Positions 42,406 to 51,993 of a stretch of 64,000 bases of DNA are shown piece after piece; position 1 is the first letter of the stretch; every line of letters begins with the position of its first letter. Source of the stretch: an uncultured delta proteobacterium (lineage in GTDB: Bacteria > Desulfobacterota > Binatia > UBA9968); the NCBI GenBank assembly GCA_963816145.1, contig CAWFJP010000005.1, forward strand, positions 96,001 to 160,000. The letters are read 5' to 3'. The notes under the pieces were generated by a model. The model was not told the origin of the DNA. It ran no database searches and saw only the letters and a program-made list of their open reading frames with translations. Made by a program: the position numbers and the translations under genes.

Positions 42406-42645
42406 ATGTTTGAGAAAGAACGTTTCATTGAAGAATGCCGCGCTGCGCTCAAGGAACGCGACACGCATGCTGCGGTTCGCGAGCTGGTGGCGAGAGCCAT
42501 GAGCGAACCGATGCAGATAGTGCGAGCGCTCGGAGAACCCCGGCGTGCAGGAGTTGAAACGATCTACAAAGCAGACGATCTGACCATCCTCAACCTTTGC
42601 TGGGGACCCCAGATGAAGTTCAAACCGCACGATCACCGTCATGTA
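42406..42645 (+). pseudogene. 5' part of a cysteine-dioxygenase-like cupin gene, truncated
   Basis: GGAGG RBS; DLTILNLCWGPQMKFKPHDHR, after which similarity stops. Confidence 0.7.
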
Positions 42646-42646
42646 G

Positions 42647-43186
42647 CGGGCACAACGTCATCGTCGCACCTCTACGTCGGTTCACGTTTTACACCTTCAT
42701 GGATCCATTTACCTGTACCCGGTCGAATATGGGACGTACACGGAAGGTGGCAACGACCAGCTTCGCCAGAGCGGATCACCTGAGTTTCGTTTCGATCCCG
42801 ATGCTCTCGGCCATCATTTCCTTCCATTTGAAAGAATCCCTCCTGACATCCATTACATGTTGCCGTACGAAAGGCTGATTCTTCCTGTTCCTGACAAGTC
42901 CCAGGACCTTGCTCAGCGTGCGTTACAGCTCGTCTACACTTCGGCGACGAATGCGATTCGGATCGTAGGTGCCGTCATCGCGATTGGATACAGCTTTGCG
43001 CCCTATGACCGCTCGTCCTACAGTCCTCTGTTGCACGCACTCGAACAAACCGATGGACACAGGCTGACAGTCGTTGATCCGAACGCTCACCTGATCGCCA
43101 AGCGACTGCATTCCGAGTTCCCAAGACTCGCCATCGAACCTGTGAGCACCACGTTTTCTCTTTGGATCGATGTGCAAACGCAGTAA
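42647..43186 (+). pseudogene. 3' part of a SIR2-like (SIR2_2) protein gene
   Basis: Frame open from 42647: VLHLHGS ... ILPVPDK ... IAIGYSFAPYD ... VVDP. Confidence 0.7.
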
Positions 43187-43200
43187 GCGGAGCCTGAACC

Positions 43201-43286
43201 GTCTAACGAGGATGGACAACCGACGGTGCGAGTAGCAGTTGCTTCGCAAGGACGCTGGACGCGGGCTGCACTCCGACGCGTTGAGC
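43201..43286 (+). mobile_element. Degenerate integron attC site
   Basis: GTCTAAC 14 bp after the stop codon, ending GTTGAGC (GTTRRRY); imperfect internal dyad. Confidence 0.55.
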
Positions 43287-43333
43287 GTCGAAAGGCAATT
43301 CGACCTGTTTTCCCATCGTCGTACCCGCCTGGA

Positions 43334-44335
43334 TTACTTTACTCTCGCCACCAGCTCATCATAGTTCTTCTGCCCGAACTGTCTCTTGCCGGCTTCCAAC
43401 TCGCGGAAGATTTCTAAAAGTTTACTGCTCAGCGGCATTGGCATGCCGAGTTTCTCACCTTCGTTGACGACATAGGCAAGCGTGAAGTCGACTTCGGTGC
43501 GGATCTTTTTTTGGACGTAGCGAAGCGGGCCTTTGCGGTCTTCGGGCTTCCACGTTTTGGCGAAGTTGTTGACTGCTTCTAGCCGTCTTTCAGCGGAGTT
43601 GCGCGGGTGGAAATCGGCTGGGTAGTATTCCGCCAGTTTGATCCAGCGCACACCGAGCGCTTCACCGACGGCGACGACTTCGGCGAAGAAGTCGGCCATG
43701 GCGCGGCGATCGGCTTCGCTCGTGCAGGTCGTCGCCAGTGAGGCGTCGGCTAAAGAACCGTAGTAGCCGAGGCAGGTGTAGGTGAGCTTGCTCCAGAGGA
43801 CACCCAAGATATTGTCGGAGATTTCTGTTTCCATGACGGCGTCGAGGGTTTTGCGCAGATCCTCCAGGCGCGGCGTGGTTTTGCCGTGCAGGTGGCCGAT
43901 GTAAAGGTGGCCGCGGGTGTCGGTCTGGACATGACCGGGGCCGACCTTGCGGCAGCCCATGCGAATCGCCATGCCGACGGTGCGGTCGGCGCCGACTTTT
44001 TCTTGCAGCAGCGGCGGATTGATGCCGTTTTGCATCGAGACGAGCAGGCCGTCGGTGGCGAGATGGGGCAGGACGGTGTTCAACGCATCCGGCGTGTAGT
44101 TGGAGCGCACGGCGATGCAGCCGGTGTCGAACTTGCCGTCGATCTCGTTGGGATAAACGATTTTGATTCTGACGTTAAACGGGCCGTCGGGAACGTCGAC
44201 TTGCAGGCCTTTATCGCGGATCGCGCTGACATGTTCCTTGTCGATGTCGACGAAGGTGATGTCAGCACCGGCGCGCGCCAGTCTGCCGCCGATGATGCCG
44301 CCGATGGGGCCGGTGCCGATGACGATCATGCGCAT
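43334..44335 (-). CDS. Ketopantoate reductase family protein
   Basis: VIGTGPIGG, SMQNG, WSKL, RTEVD; GGAGG RBS. Confidence 0.88.
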   Translation of the reverse strand: MRMIVIGTGPIGGIIGGRLARAGADITFVDIDKEHVSAIRDKGLQVDVPDGPFNVRIKIVYPNEIDGKFDTGCIAVRSNYTPDALNTVLPHLATDGLLVSMQNGINPPLLQEKVGADRTVGMAIRMGCRKVGPGHVQTDTRGHLYIGHLHGKTTPRLEDLRKTLDAVMETEISDNILGVLWSKLTYTCLGYYGSLADASLATTCTSEADRRAMADFFAEVVAVGEALGVRWIKLAEYYPADFHPRNSAERRLEAVNNFAKTWKPEDRKGPLRYVQKKIRTEVDFTLAYVVNEGEKLGMPMPLSSKLLEIFRELEAGKRQFGQKNYDELVARVK

Positions 44336-44620
44336 ATGCACAATACCTCCGCTGCAGATCTTAACTGTCGTCAAAGTATTCAATGGCCGTCGCTGCGTCA
44401 ATAGAGAGAAGCGATTGAATAAAAATGTTCCAGAGCAAAACGCCCGGGTCATCGATACCCAAACGCTAAGAGTCAAATTTGTTGCAGCCCTAGTAAAGCG
44501 CCTGGGCAAGGCGATCTGGACAGGGGGCTATTGGCTTGATAGCCCCAAGTAAATAAAGGACAATTGGCGCTCTTGAGCAGTAGGTCTCATTCCTTTCGAG
44601 TGAGAAATCGGAGGCACCAA

Positions 44621-46096
44621 TTGCAAGAGCCGCAAGTCACAGTGGTCGTTGTCTTACGAGAGAGGTTCAGTTTAACTGAGCGATCCCTCGCTAGCATTTA
44701 CCAAAATACCCAGTTCCCGTTTCACCTCGTTTACGTTGCCGGTAAAGCCCCCTCCCGCGTCCAACGCTACCTTCAACAGGAATCGAGCGAAAAGGGATTT
44801 CTGCTGATAACTACGGAACATCACATATCCCCCAATCAAGCCCGAAATCTCGGCTTGAATGAGGTTAAGACCAAATATGTGGCGTTCATCGATAACGACG
44901 CGTTGGTTGCTCCGGGATGGCTAGAGGCTCTGGTTGGTTGCGCAGAGGAGACCGGCGCCTGGGTGGTGGGACCGCTCTGCTTCATCGGAGAGTTCGGCGC
45001 CGGAGTTGTCCACGTTGCCGGTGGAATGGTCCATTTCAAAGACGAGTCCGGGAAGAAGGTTTTCTACGATGAGCAATATCTCTTTAATACGCCGATTCGG
45101 GAAATAAATGACCGGCTTGTAAGGGGGCGCTGGGACTACGTTGAGTTTCACTGCATGTTGGTGAGAACTGATGTTTTCCAATCTCTGGGACCTTTGGACG
45201 AGCAACTCTTGAGCGTCCACGAGCATATCGATTTTTGTTTAAGCGTAAATCGCGCGGGCGGATCGGTCTACGTCGAGCCAAAATCTGTCGTCACCTATAT
45301 TCCTTCACCTCCTTACGACTGGACAGACCTGCCTTACTTCATGCTGCGATGGAGCGAGGAGTGGAATGTCGTAACCACGAACCGATTCTGTGAAAAGTGG
45401 GGCGTCACTGCCATGGGCTGGCTTGGCAACCAATCGACTCCGGTATCAGAAGACTTATTGGTTAGGTTCGGTAGAGGGCACCGCCGAATCATGACCGGGG
45501 TCAAGTATGTCGCGAACGAAGAGTATCGCGTCTCGCCTACTGAACAAGCTGAGTTGATGATTGCGCTTTTCCAGTCCATGGACCGCGATCAAGTTGATTT
45601 AAGGATGAGCGCGAAAAATGGAGAAGTAGTGGGGTTGCTACCCTCCTTGGGTCCTGACGCCGTTCATCGGCGATTGCCCGAGCTCTTGAGGGAGGCCGAG
45701 TCTCAAGACCTTGGTGTTGCTATTCGTCCCGTGGATAAAGGCGGACAAGAAGGGCTGACATTGTTGCGCTTGGATGACTTAGATCCGTTAACGCTGGAGC
45801 AGGTACAAGATCGCGCGTTCATGATCTTGGAAACCGATCATCGAATCTACCAATGCTGGTATGCGGTGGATAAGAGGCAGCTGCAAAGACTCCCAAGCCT
45901 CGCGAGCAAAATGGCTTCCGACAAAATTGCTGCGACACAGGACCATTTCGTGCCGTTGGCCGGAAGCAGGCGAACACCAACGGCGGACTCGCCGCGAGTC
46001 CGAATCGCCAATGGCAGCGCGGGTCTTCTGATGGCGGCAAACCAACTATCCGATAGATCGATTCAGCTTCTGATCGAAACCTGCATCATCCAGTAG
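44621..46096 (+). CDS. Glycosyltransferase family 2 with a C-terminal RepB-primase-like domain
   Basis: TTG start after GGAGG; ARNLG, FIDND, EHIDFC; C-terminal RLDDLD..AFMILET...YQCWYAV...LAGS. Confidence 0.8.
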   Translation: MQEPQVTVVVVLRERFSLTERSLASIYQNTQFPFHLVYVAGKAPSRVQRYLQQESSEKGFLLITTEHHISPNQARNLGLNEVKTKYVAFIDNDALVAPGWLEALVGCAEETGAWVVGPLCFIGEFGAGVVHVAGGMVHFKDESGKKVFYDEQYLFNTPIREINDRLVRGRWDYVEFHCMLVRTDVFQSLGPLDEQLLSVHEHIDFCLSVNRAGGSVYVEPKSVVTYIPSPPYDWTDLPYFMLRWSEEWNVVTTNRFCEKWGVTAMGWLGNQSTPVSEDLLVRFGRGHRRIMTGVKYVANEEYRVSPTEQAELMIALFQSMDRDQVDLRMSAKNGEVVGLLPSLGPDAVHRRLPELLREAESQDLGVAIRPVDKGGQEGLTLLRLDDLDPLTLEQVQDRAFMILETDHRIYQCWYAVDKRQLQRLPSLASKMASDKIAATQDHFVPLAGSRRTPTADSPRVRIANGSAGLLMAANQLSDRSIQLLIETCIIQ

Positions 46097-46110
46097 ACGA
46101 GGGGAGACTC

Positions 46111-48351
46111 ATGAACGCTGTGTCCGACAATCCGATCGAGGGCGCGAATCACCCAGGACTGCATGTGGCGATCAGCGCGACGTTTGTGGCCGAGCCAGTG
46201 GAAGAGCCGCTTCAATGCTGGCTGCGGGAGATGGGTGTCACCGCCTCGATTTCATTCGCGCCGTACAATCAGGTGTTTCAACAACTACTCGACCCATCGA
46301 GCTTACAATCAAGAAACCGCAATGGACTGAATGTTGCCTTGGTCCGCCTTGAAGATTGGCACCGAAAGCCTTTCCCCGCTCCCACTGATGAGTTTCTATT
46401 GCTAGACCCAGTTGAAAAATTGCAGCGGAACGTTGTCGATTTCCTCGCCGGGGTTGTCGAGCTCAGGAAGCGGCACGCCGCTCCGTTAATTGTGATCTTA
46501 TGCCCGCCTACCTCCTCGATCTCAGATTCCCCTCGGGAATTCAACACATTGCGTGAAGCGGAAGAGATGCTTGCCTTAGAGCTTTCAAAAATGAACGGCG
46601 TTGAGATTGTGACGAGCGATGCGTTCTTATCTCTCTATCCCATTGCCGACTATCACGACCGTCATGGAAGTCTATTGGCCGACATTCCCTATACACCGCC
46701 TCTATATACGATCTTGTCGATGATGATTGCCCGTAAGGTGCACAAGTTAAAACTTCCGCAGCGCAAGGTAATCGTGCTCGATTGCGATAATACTTTGTGG
46801 AGCGGTGTTGTCGGCGAGGACGGCTGTGAAGGGATAAGTTTCGAACCGTTTCGAAAAACTCTCCAGGAATGCGTACTAGAACAACAGCGCCGAGGCATGC
46901 TGGTTGCTTTATGCAGCAAGAACGATGAAAAGGAAGTGTTGCAGGTCCTCGATACGCGGAGCGAAATGCTGCTAAAAAGAAGCGATCTCGTCGGCTGGCG
47001 AATCAATTGGAAATCGAAGTCGGAGAATCTGACTTCGCTGTCGCAAGAACTTGGTCTTTCCTTGGATAGTTTTATATTCATCGACGACGATCCAATGGTA
47101 TGCGCCGAAATCCGTGCAGGTTTGCCGGAAGTTCTAACTCTATTACTACCGCCCGTGCCAAGCGAAATTCCGGCCTTCCTGCGCCATGTTTGGGTCTTTG
47201 ATCATGACTCGTTTACCGACGAGGACCGGCAACGCACGAAACTCTACCGAGAGCATTTCATGCGTGAACAGGTTCGGCGTGAATCGACATCGCTCAAGGC
47301 CTTTCTCACCGATCTTGATTTGAAAGTGACAATTGCAACATTGGCCGATTCCGAAGTCGACCGGTCGGCCGAACTGACCATGAGAACCAACCAATTCAAT
47401 ACAACAACCCAACGACGAACACCTTTGGAAATGAAGCAGCTCCAGAGTTCCGCATCCAAAGATTGCCTGGTCGTGCATGCGAAGGACCGGTTTGGAGATT
47501 ACGGTCTTGTCGGACTGATTACGTGTCAGATCGAGAATGACAGCCTGCTTATCGATTCTTTCATGCTCAGCTGTCGTGCGTTGGGTCGTGGGGTCGAGCA
47601 CCGAGTGATAGCTCACCTTGGCTTGCTTGCGCAGCAGCGCCAATTGACAACCGTCGATATCATTTGCATCCCCTCGCCCAAAAATTTTCCTGTCTTCGTG
47701 TTTTTGAAAAGCCTGCCGGGCGTCGTTTGTACGTCTTTCCCCGATCGCCAGGTTTTTCACCTCTTCGCGGCGACCGCGGCATCAGTCAGATACTCTCCGA
47801 ATGAGCCTATAGGCCATGACATCGGCCGAGTCGAAGATAGTGACGATACCGGTTCCAGGCCGAATGACCACGTTGAGATGGCAACCCTTAGTACGTTTTT
47901 GGCTACCGTCGCAGAGCGGCTGCGGGATGCTACATCGATTCACGATCGGTTTGCTCATGTCCGTTTGCGTCAATCCGCAGTTCCGAGCGCTATCCCGCCT
48001 CGCACCCCTGTGGAATCCGCGGTCGCTGCGATCTACTGCGACTTGTTGGGCCTCGACGAAATCAGTGTTGACGATAGTTTTTTCAATTTGGGTGGTCACT
48101 CCCTGATCGCAATGCAGGTTCTTTCCCGATTGAACACTGAGTTTGATGTCGAGCTCACCCCTATGTTGCTATTCACCAGCAGGTTCACGGTGGCGGAACT
48201 AGCAGACTCGGTTGTGCAGCAACAACTCAAGAATATGAGCTCAGATGATATAAGCCAGATTTTTCAGAAACTGTCGGAACTTACTGATCAACAAGCCGAC
48301 AGCCTCACTTTCAGCGGCTTATCCGATACTATCTTGCCGGTGCGCAAGTAG
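46111..48351 (+). CDS. FkbH-like HAD-IIIC glyceryl transferase/phosphatase with C-terminal carrier domain
   Basis: LDCDNTLW, CSKN, INWKSK, FIDD, RTNQFN, DRFGDYG, LSCRALGRGVE, ACP FFNLGGHSL. Confidence 0.92.
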   Translation: MNAVSDNPIEGANHPGLHVAISATFVAEPVEEPLQCWLREMGVTASISFAPYNQVFQQLLDPSSLQSRNRNGLNVALVRLEDWHRKPFPAPTDEFLLLDPVEKLQRNVVDFLAGVVELRKRHAAPLIVILCPPTSSISDSPREFNTLREAEEMLALELSKMNGVEIVTSDAFLSLYPIADYHDRHGSLLADIPYTPPLYTILSMMIARKVHKLKLPQRKVIVLDCDNTLWSGVVGEDGCEGISFEPFRKTLQECVLEQQRRGMLVALCSKNDEKEVLQVLDTRSEMLLKRSDLVGWRINWKSKSENLTSLSQELGLSLDSFIFIDDDPMVCAEIRAGLPEVLTLLLPPVPSEIPAFLRHVWVFDHDSFTDEDRQRTKLYREHFMREQVRRESTSLKAFLTDLDLKVTIATLADSEVDRSAELTMRTNQFNTTTQRRTPLEMKQLQSSASKDCLVVHAKDRFGDYGLVGLITCQIENDSLLIDSFMLSCRALGRGVEHRVIAHLGLLAQQRQLTTVDIICIPSPKNFPVFVFLKSLPGVVCTSFPDRQVFHLFAATAASVRYSPNEPIGHDIGRVEDSDDTGSRPNDHVEMATLSTFLATVAERLRDATSIHDRFAHVRLRQSAVPSAIPPRTPVESAVAAIYCDLLGLDEISVDDSFFNLGGHSLIAMQVLSRLNTEFDVELTPMLLFTSRFTVAELADSVVQQQLKNMSSDDISQIFQKLSELTDQQADSLTFSGLSDTILPVRK

Positions 48352-48371
48352 GGCCAAGCGGCAGAAGTTGC

Positions 48372-49559
48372 GTGATGGAACCGTTGAACGTGATTCTATT
48401 TTCTGTCGGATCGCATGGTGATGTGTCACCGTTCCTTGAGATTGGACGCCAGCTCAAAGAGCGAGGCCACGAGGTCAAGCTCTTGAGCCATTGTTGTTAC
48501 GAAGAAAAAGCTAAACGAGCGTCGTTAGGATTCGTCTCCGTCGACAACCCTGATGAATACCGAGAATTCATCGCCGATCAGCATCTCTTGAATGGACCTC
48601 AGGGAATACCAGAATTCATAAGAAGACATTCATTATCTAAGATTGTCAGACATTACGGGCTGATCGCACAAGCGTGCCAATCACAAAATACCGTTCTCGT
48701 AACTCGTGATTTGTTCGACACTACCATGCGCTTGGCTGCTGAAAAGAGCCACTTGCCCCTGCGCTGGATCTTCGGAAATCCTAGTCAAGCGACCACATGG
48801 AAGCTCCGACAGCAATTGTTCACCGATGTGCTACGACCTGACATCAATCGAGCTCGCGCCGCTCTGGGCCTGCAGAGCGGTGTGGAAAGAGGTGCGCGGC
48901 TTGAGTATCCATCGGGCGCAATCGCGTTATGGCCCGAATGGTTTGCCAGGGTTGACTTTGACTTGCCGTTCCATGTGACCCCGGTCGGTTTTTTTCGCGA
49001 CGACGATGGCAATGAGGGCGAGATTCCGGCGGTTATTCAAAACGCCGTGGATATATCTGATACGTCGATTCTGGTCACGGCGGGCACGGGAATGTATTTA
49101 GATGCGGGATTCTATGCCGCGAGCGCTGAAGCCTGTCGAATGTTGAATGTTCTAGGAATTCTGGTGGCACAGCACAAGGAGCAGCTACCGAATGATTATC
49201 CTGGTTGCCTGAGTTGGGTCGGCTATCTTCCTTTCGGCAAGCTGATGCCGCAAGTAAAATTGGTGATTCACCACGGGGGTATGGGGACCCTGGGGTGCGC
49301 GATGGCTGCAGGTGTTCCTCAACTTGTTCTCCCAAAAGGGGCAGATCGTCCGGACAACGCCTTGCACTTGAAGAAGCTGCGGATCGCGGACTCCTTGCCT
49401 CCGCCAAAATGGAAGCCTGCAAGCATAGCGGACGCCATGCTTCGGTTGTTGCGTTCGCCAGAGGTTGCCGAGAACTGCCGGGCACTAGCCGGTCGATTGA
49501 AAAATACTGACGGCGCCGCCGCGGCCTGTGATCTCATCGAGCAACCTGTACACAGTTGA
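48372..49559 (+). CDS. GT-B glycosyltransferase (GT1, RhlB/sterol-GT-like)
   Basis: GSHGDVSP, RGHEV, IHHGGMGT, AGVPQL, DRPDNA. Confidence 0.9.
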   Translation: MMEPLNVILFSVGSHGDVSPFLEIGRQLKERGHEVKLLSHCCYEEKAKRASLGFVSVDNPDEYREFIADQHLLNGPQGIPEFIRRHSLSKIVRHYGLIAQACQSQNTVLVTRDLFDTTMRLAAEKSHLPLRWIFGNPSQATTWKLRQQLFTDVLRPDINRARAALGLQSGVERGARLEYPSGAIALWPEWFARVDFDLPFHVTPVGFFRDDDGNEGEIPAVIQNAVDISDTSILVTAGTGMYLDAGFYAASAEACRMLNVLGILVAQHKEQLPNDYPGCLSWVGYLPFGKLMPQVKLVIHHGGMGTLGCAMAAGVPQLVLPKGADRPDNALHLKKLRIADSLPPPKWKPASIADAMLRLLRSPEVAENCRALAGRLKNTDGAAAACDLIEQPVHS

Positions 49560-49770
49560 TTTATCTACTCTTAACTTTGGCGAATCTCACACGCAATGTT
49601 TAATCGACCTGGACTAGAGAAAACTTTCTGTTTGCGGTGCACGGTTTTGGATTGCGACCCTATCGTGAAAATCTCGGCTGGTAAATTAGCGCCGCGGCCC
49701 TTGAAGAATTGTAGATTAATGAAATATTACCGCCTGAAGTAGAAGCCAGGTCTCGCTGAAAGGATAGCAG

Positions 49771-50748
49771 ATGAAGCGAATTATATTTGCAATTGCCGTC
49801 GCTACGATGAGCCTTAACGGGGTCCATGCGGCTGACCGGATTCGTATTGGCTATAGTTCGATCAGCGGCGCCTATACGCCGATCTGGGTCGCTCATGATG
49901 CCGGCTTCTTTGCCAAGGAAGGATTGCAAGACGACATCATCTTGATTCCCAGCGGCACTCAGCTGGCTCAGGTCACCGTTGCCGGCGAGATCGATATCGG
50001 CTCGCTCAACGGCAGCTCGGCGATTGCGGCGGCGCTGTCGGGCGCCGATCTGAAAATCATCGGCAACTCGGGCAACAAGATGGTCTTTTCGCTCTATGTC
50101 CGACCGGAGATCAAAAACGTCGACGGTATGCGCGGCAAGAAAATAGGCATCACCCGCTTCGGTTCGGCGCCGGATATTTCGGTGCGCTACGCGCTGCGCA
50201 AGTTCAATATCAATCCAGACAAAGACTTGACGTTGATCCAGCTCGGGTTTATGGCGACCGTAGCGGCCGGACTCCAAGGCGGCTCCATCGAGGGCGGCGT
50301 GGTGTCGCCGCCGACGCAGTTCGCCATCGACAAGGCTGGTTTCAAAGAATTGATCAGCATCACCGACATGAATTACGCCTTTCCCAATCCGGCGCTGGTG
50401 GCGGTGGGCTCGATCATCCGCAGCAAGCCCGACGTCATCAACCGCTTCATGCGCGCCTACACGCGCGGCGTGCACAAGGCGCGCACCGACCGCGAGTTCA
50501 CCTATAAATCAATGGCCAAGTACACCAAAATCAACGATCAGGTCGTGCTGCAGAAGGCGTACGATTTCTATATGACCAAAGTTTTGGAGAATACCCCGGC
50601 GGTGAACATGGCCGGGGTGGTCAATGTACTCGAAGATCTGGCCAAGACCGTGCCGGCCGCCAAGACCGCCAAGCCGGAACAGTTCGTCGACATGCGCTTT
50701 CTCGACACCCTGGAGAAAAGCGGTCTGTTGAAAGAGCTGTATCCGTAG
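49771..50748 (+). CDS. ABC-type substrate-binding protein, NMT1/THI5/SsuA-like
   Basis: Signal peptide; WVAHDAGFFAKEGL, RGKKIGITRFGS. Confidence 0.88.
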   Translation: MKRIIFAIAVATMSLNGVHAADRIRIGYSSISGAYTPIWVAHDAGFFAKEGLQDDIILIPSGTQLAQVTVAGEIDIGSLNGSSAIAAALSGADLKIIGNSGNKMVFSLYVRPEIKNVDGMRGKKIGITRFGSAPDISVRYALRKFNINPDKDLTLIQLGFMATVAAGLQGGSIEGGVVSPPTQFAIDKAGFKELISITDMNYAFPNPALVAVGSIIRSKPDVINRFMRAYTRGVHKARTDREFTYKSMAKYTKINDQVVLQKAYDFYMTKVLENTPAVNMAGVVNVLEDLAKTVPAAKTAKPEQFVDMRFLDTLEKSGLLKELYP

Positions 50749-50761
50749 ATCGCACAAAACA

Positions 50762-50840
50762 TGAGGGGTAAAGGGTGAAGGGTTAGGGTAAAACGTTTTC
50801 AAGACCGATTCGCCTCACGCCTCACCCTTTACCCCTTACC
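50762..50840. repeat. Inverted repeat with heptamer tandem arms
   Basis: TGAGGGGTAAAGGGTGAAGGGTTAGGG ... CGCCTCACGCCTCACCCTTTACCCCTTA. Confidence 0.8.
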
Positions 50841-50849
50841 ATCTTCACC

Positions 50850-51896
50850 ATGGCGGACTGCTCACCCATCGCTGTAAGTCCCGCCGCGCAAGCTGAATCG
50901 CCGCCCGCCAGTTGGTTCCAGCGCCACAAGGGCAAACTCTGGTGGCTGCATAGTATTTATGCGCTGCTCTTCGGTGTCGGCATCATGTGGCTTGGGGCGC
51001 GCAACTACAACTTTTTGCGCGTGACGGTTTTTCACGTCGGGTTTATCTGGCTTTCCAGTTTATATCTGCCCAAGCTCTTGAACCATCCGCGTCTGTCGCC
51101 GCGATGGGCCGGGCGATTGCGCTTGGTTGTCAATTATTTCAACAAGAATTTTTATCAGCAGGTGCTGTTTTTCATCCTGCCGATCTACTACGGCAGTGCG
51201 ACTGTTTCGTCCGGCAATGTTATTTTCGTCTTGTTTTTGACGATCTCAGCGGTGCTTTCGACGCTCGATGTCGTCTACGATCGTCATCTGTCGGTTCGGC
51301 GCGGCTTGGCTGCGCTTTTTTTCTCTTTCAATCTATTTGCCTTAATCAATGTCATGCTGCCGGTATTGTGGAGCATCGGTAACAACTGGGCGACCCGTGT
51401 CAGTGCCGTGTTTGCCGCTCTAGGTTTTGTCACGATCTTTCATCCTTTCTCGCAGGTCAGATACCGGCAATATGCCGTCGCGGTCGGCACGGCGCTGTTG
51501 CTTTTGGTTCTAGTCGAGTTCGGGCGGCCGTATATTCCGCCGGCGCCATTGCGAGTTGTGGCCGCGCAGTTTGGCAGCGACTATCAAACAGAAACGAAAT
51601 CGGTCGATCCGGTGTTGACCGAAGTGGAGCCCGGTCGGGGGCGCCGGCTGCATGTTATCACGCCGATCAAGGCACCGCTGGGACTTGAAGAAACTGTGCA
51701 GCACCGTTGGCACAAAAACGGCAAGTTGGCGTGGGCTTCGCCGTTCATCCAAGTGACCGGCGGCCGTGAACAAGGATTTCGGCTGTGGACGAACTATCTC
51801 TTCGATGTCATCGAGCCCGGCGCTATGGTGCGGGTCGACGCCGTAACCCAAGGCGGTCAATTGATCGGCCGCGCCAGGATAAAAGCGGCACGCTAA
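50850..51896 (+). CDS. Membrane protein with DUF5924/DUF2914-like C-terminal domain
   Basis: Multiple TMs; YIPPAPL, APLGL, HRW, GGREQGFRLWT, GQLIGR. Confidence 0.75.
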   Translation: MADCSPIAVSPAAQAESPPASWFQRHKGKLWWLHSIYALLFGVGIMWLGARNYNFLRVTVFHVGFIWLSSLYLPKLLNHPRLSPRWAGRLRLVVNYFNKNFYQQVLFFILPIYYGSATVSSGNVIFVLFLTISAVLSTLDVVYDRHLSVRRGLAALFFSFNLFALINVMLPVLWSIGNNWATRVSAVFAALGFVTIFHPFSQVRYRQYAVAVGTALLLLVLVEFGRPYIPPAPLRVVAAQFGSDYQTETKSVDPVLTEVEPGRGRRLHVITPIKAPLGLEETVQHRWHKNGKLAWASPFIQVTGGREQGFRLWTNYLFDVIEPGAMVRVDAVTQGGQLIGRARIKAAR

Positions 51897-51993
51897 GCAC
51901 CCCCTCGTGCGTCCCCCCGGTTCTTCCAGGTTGGAAAATTTGACTTATATCCGTGCCTATGAATAAGTTGATCGCTCTAGTAGGTTCCAAGTC

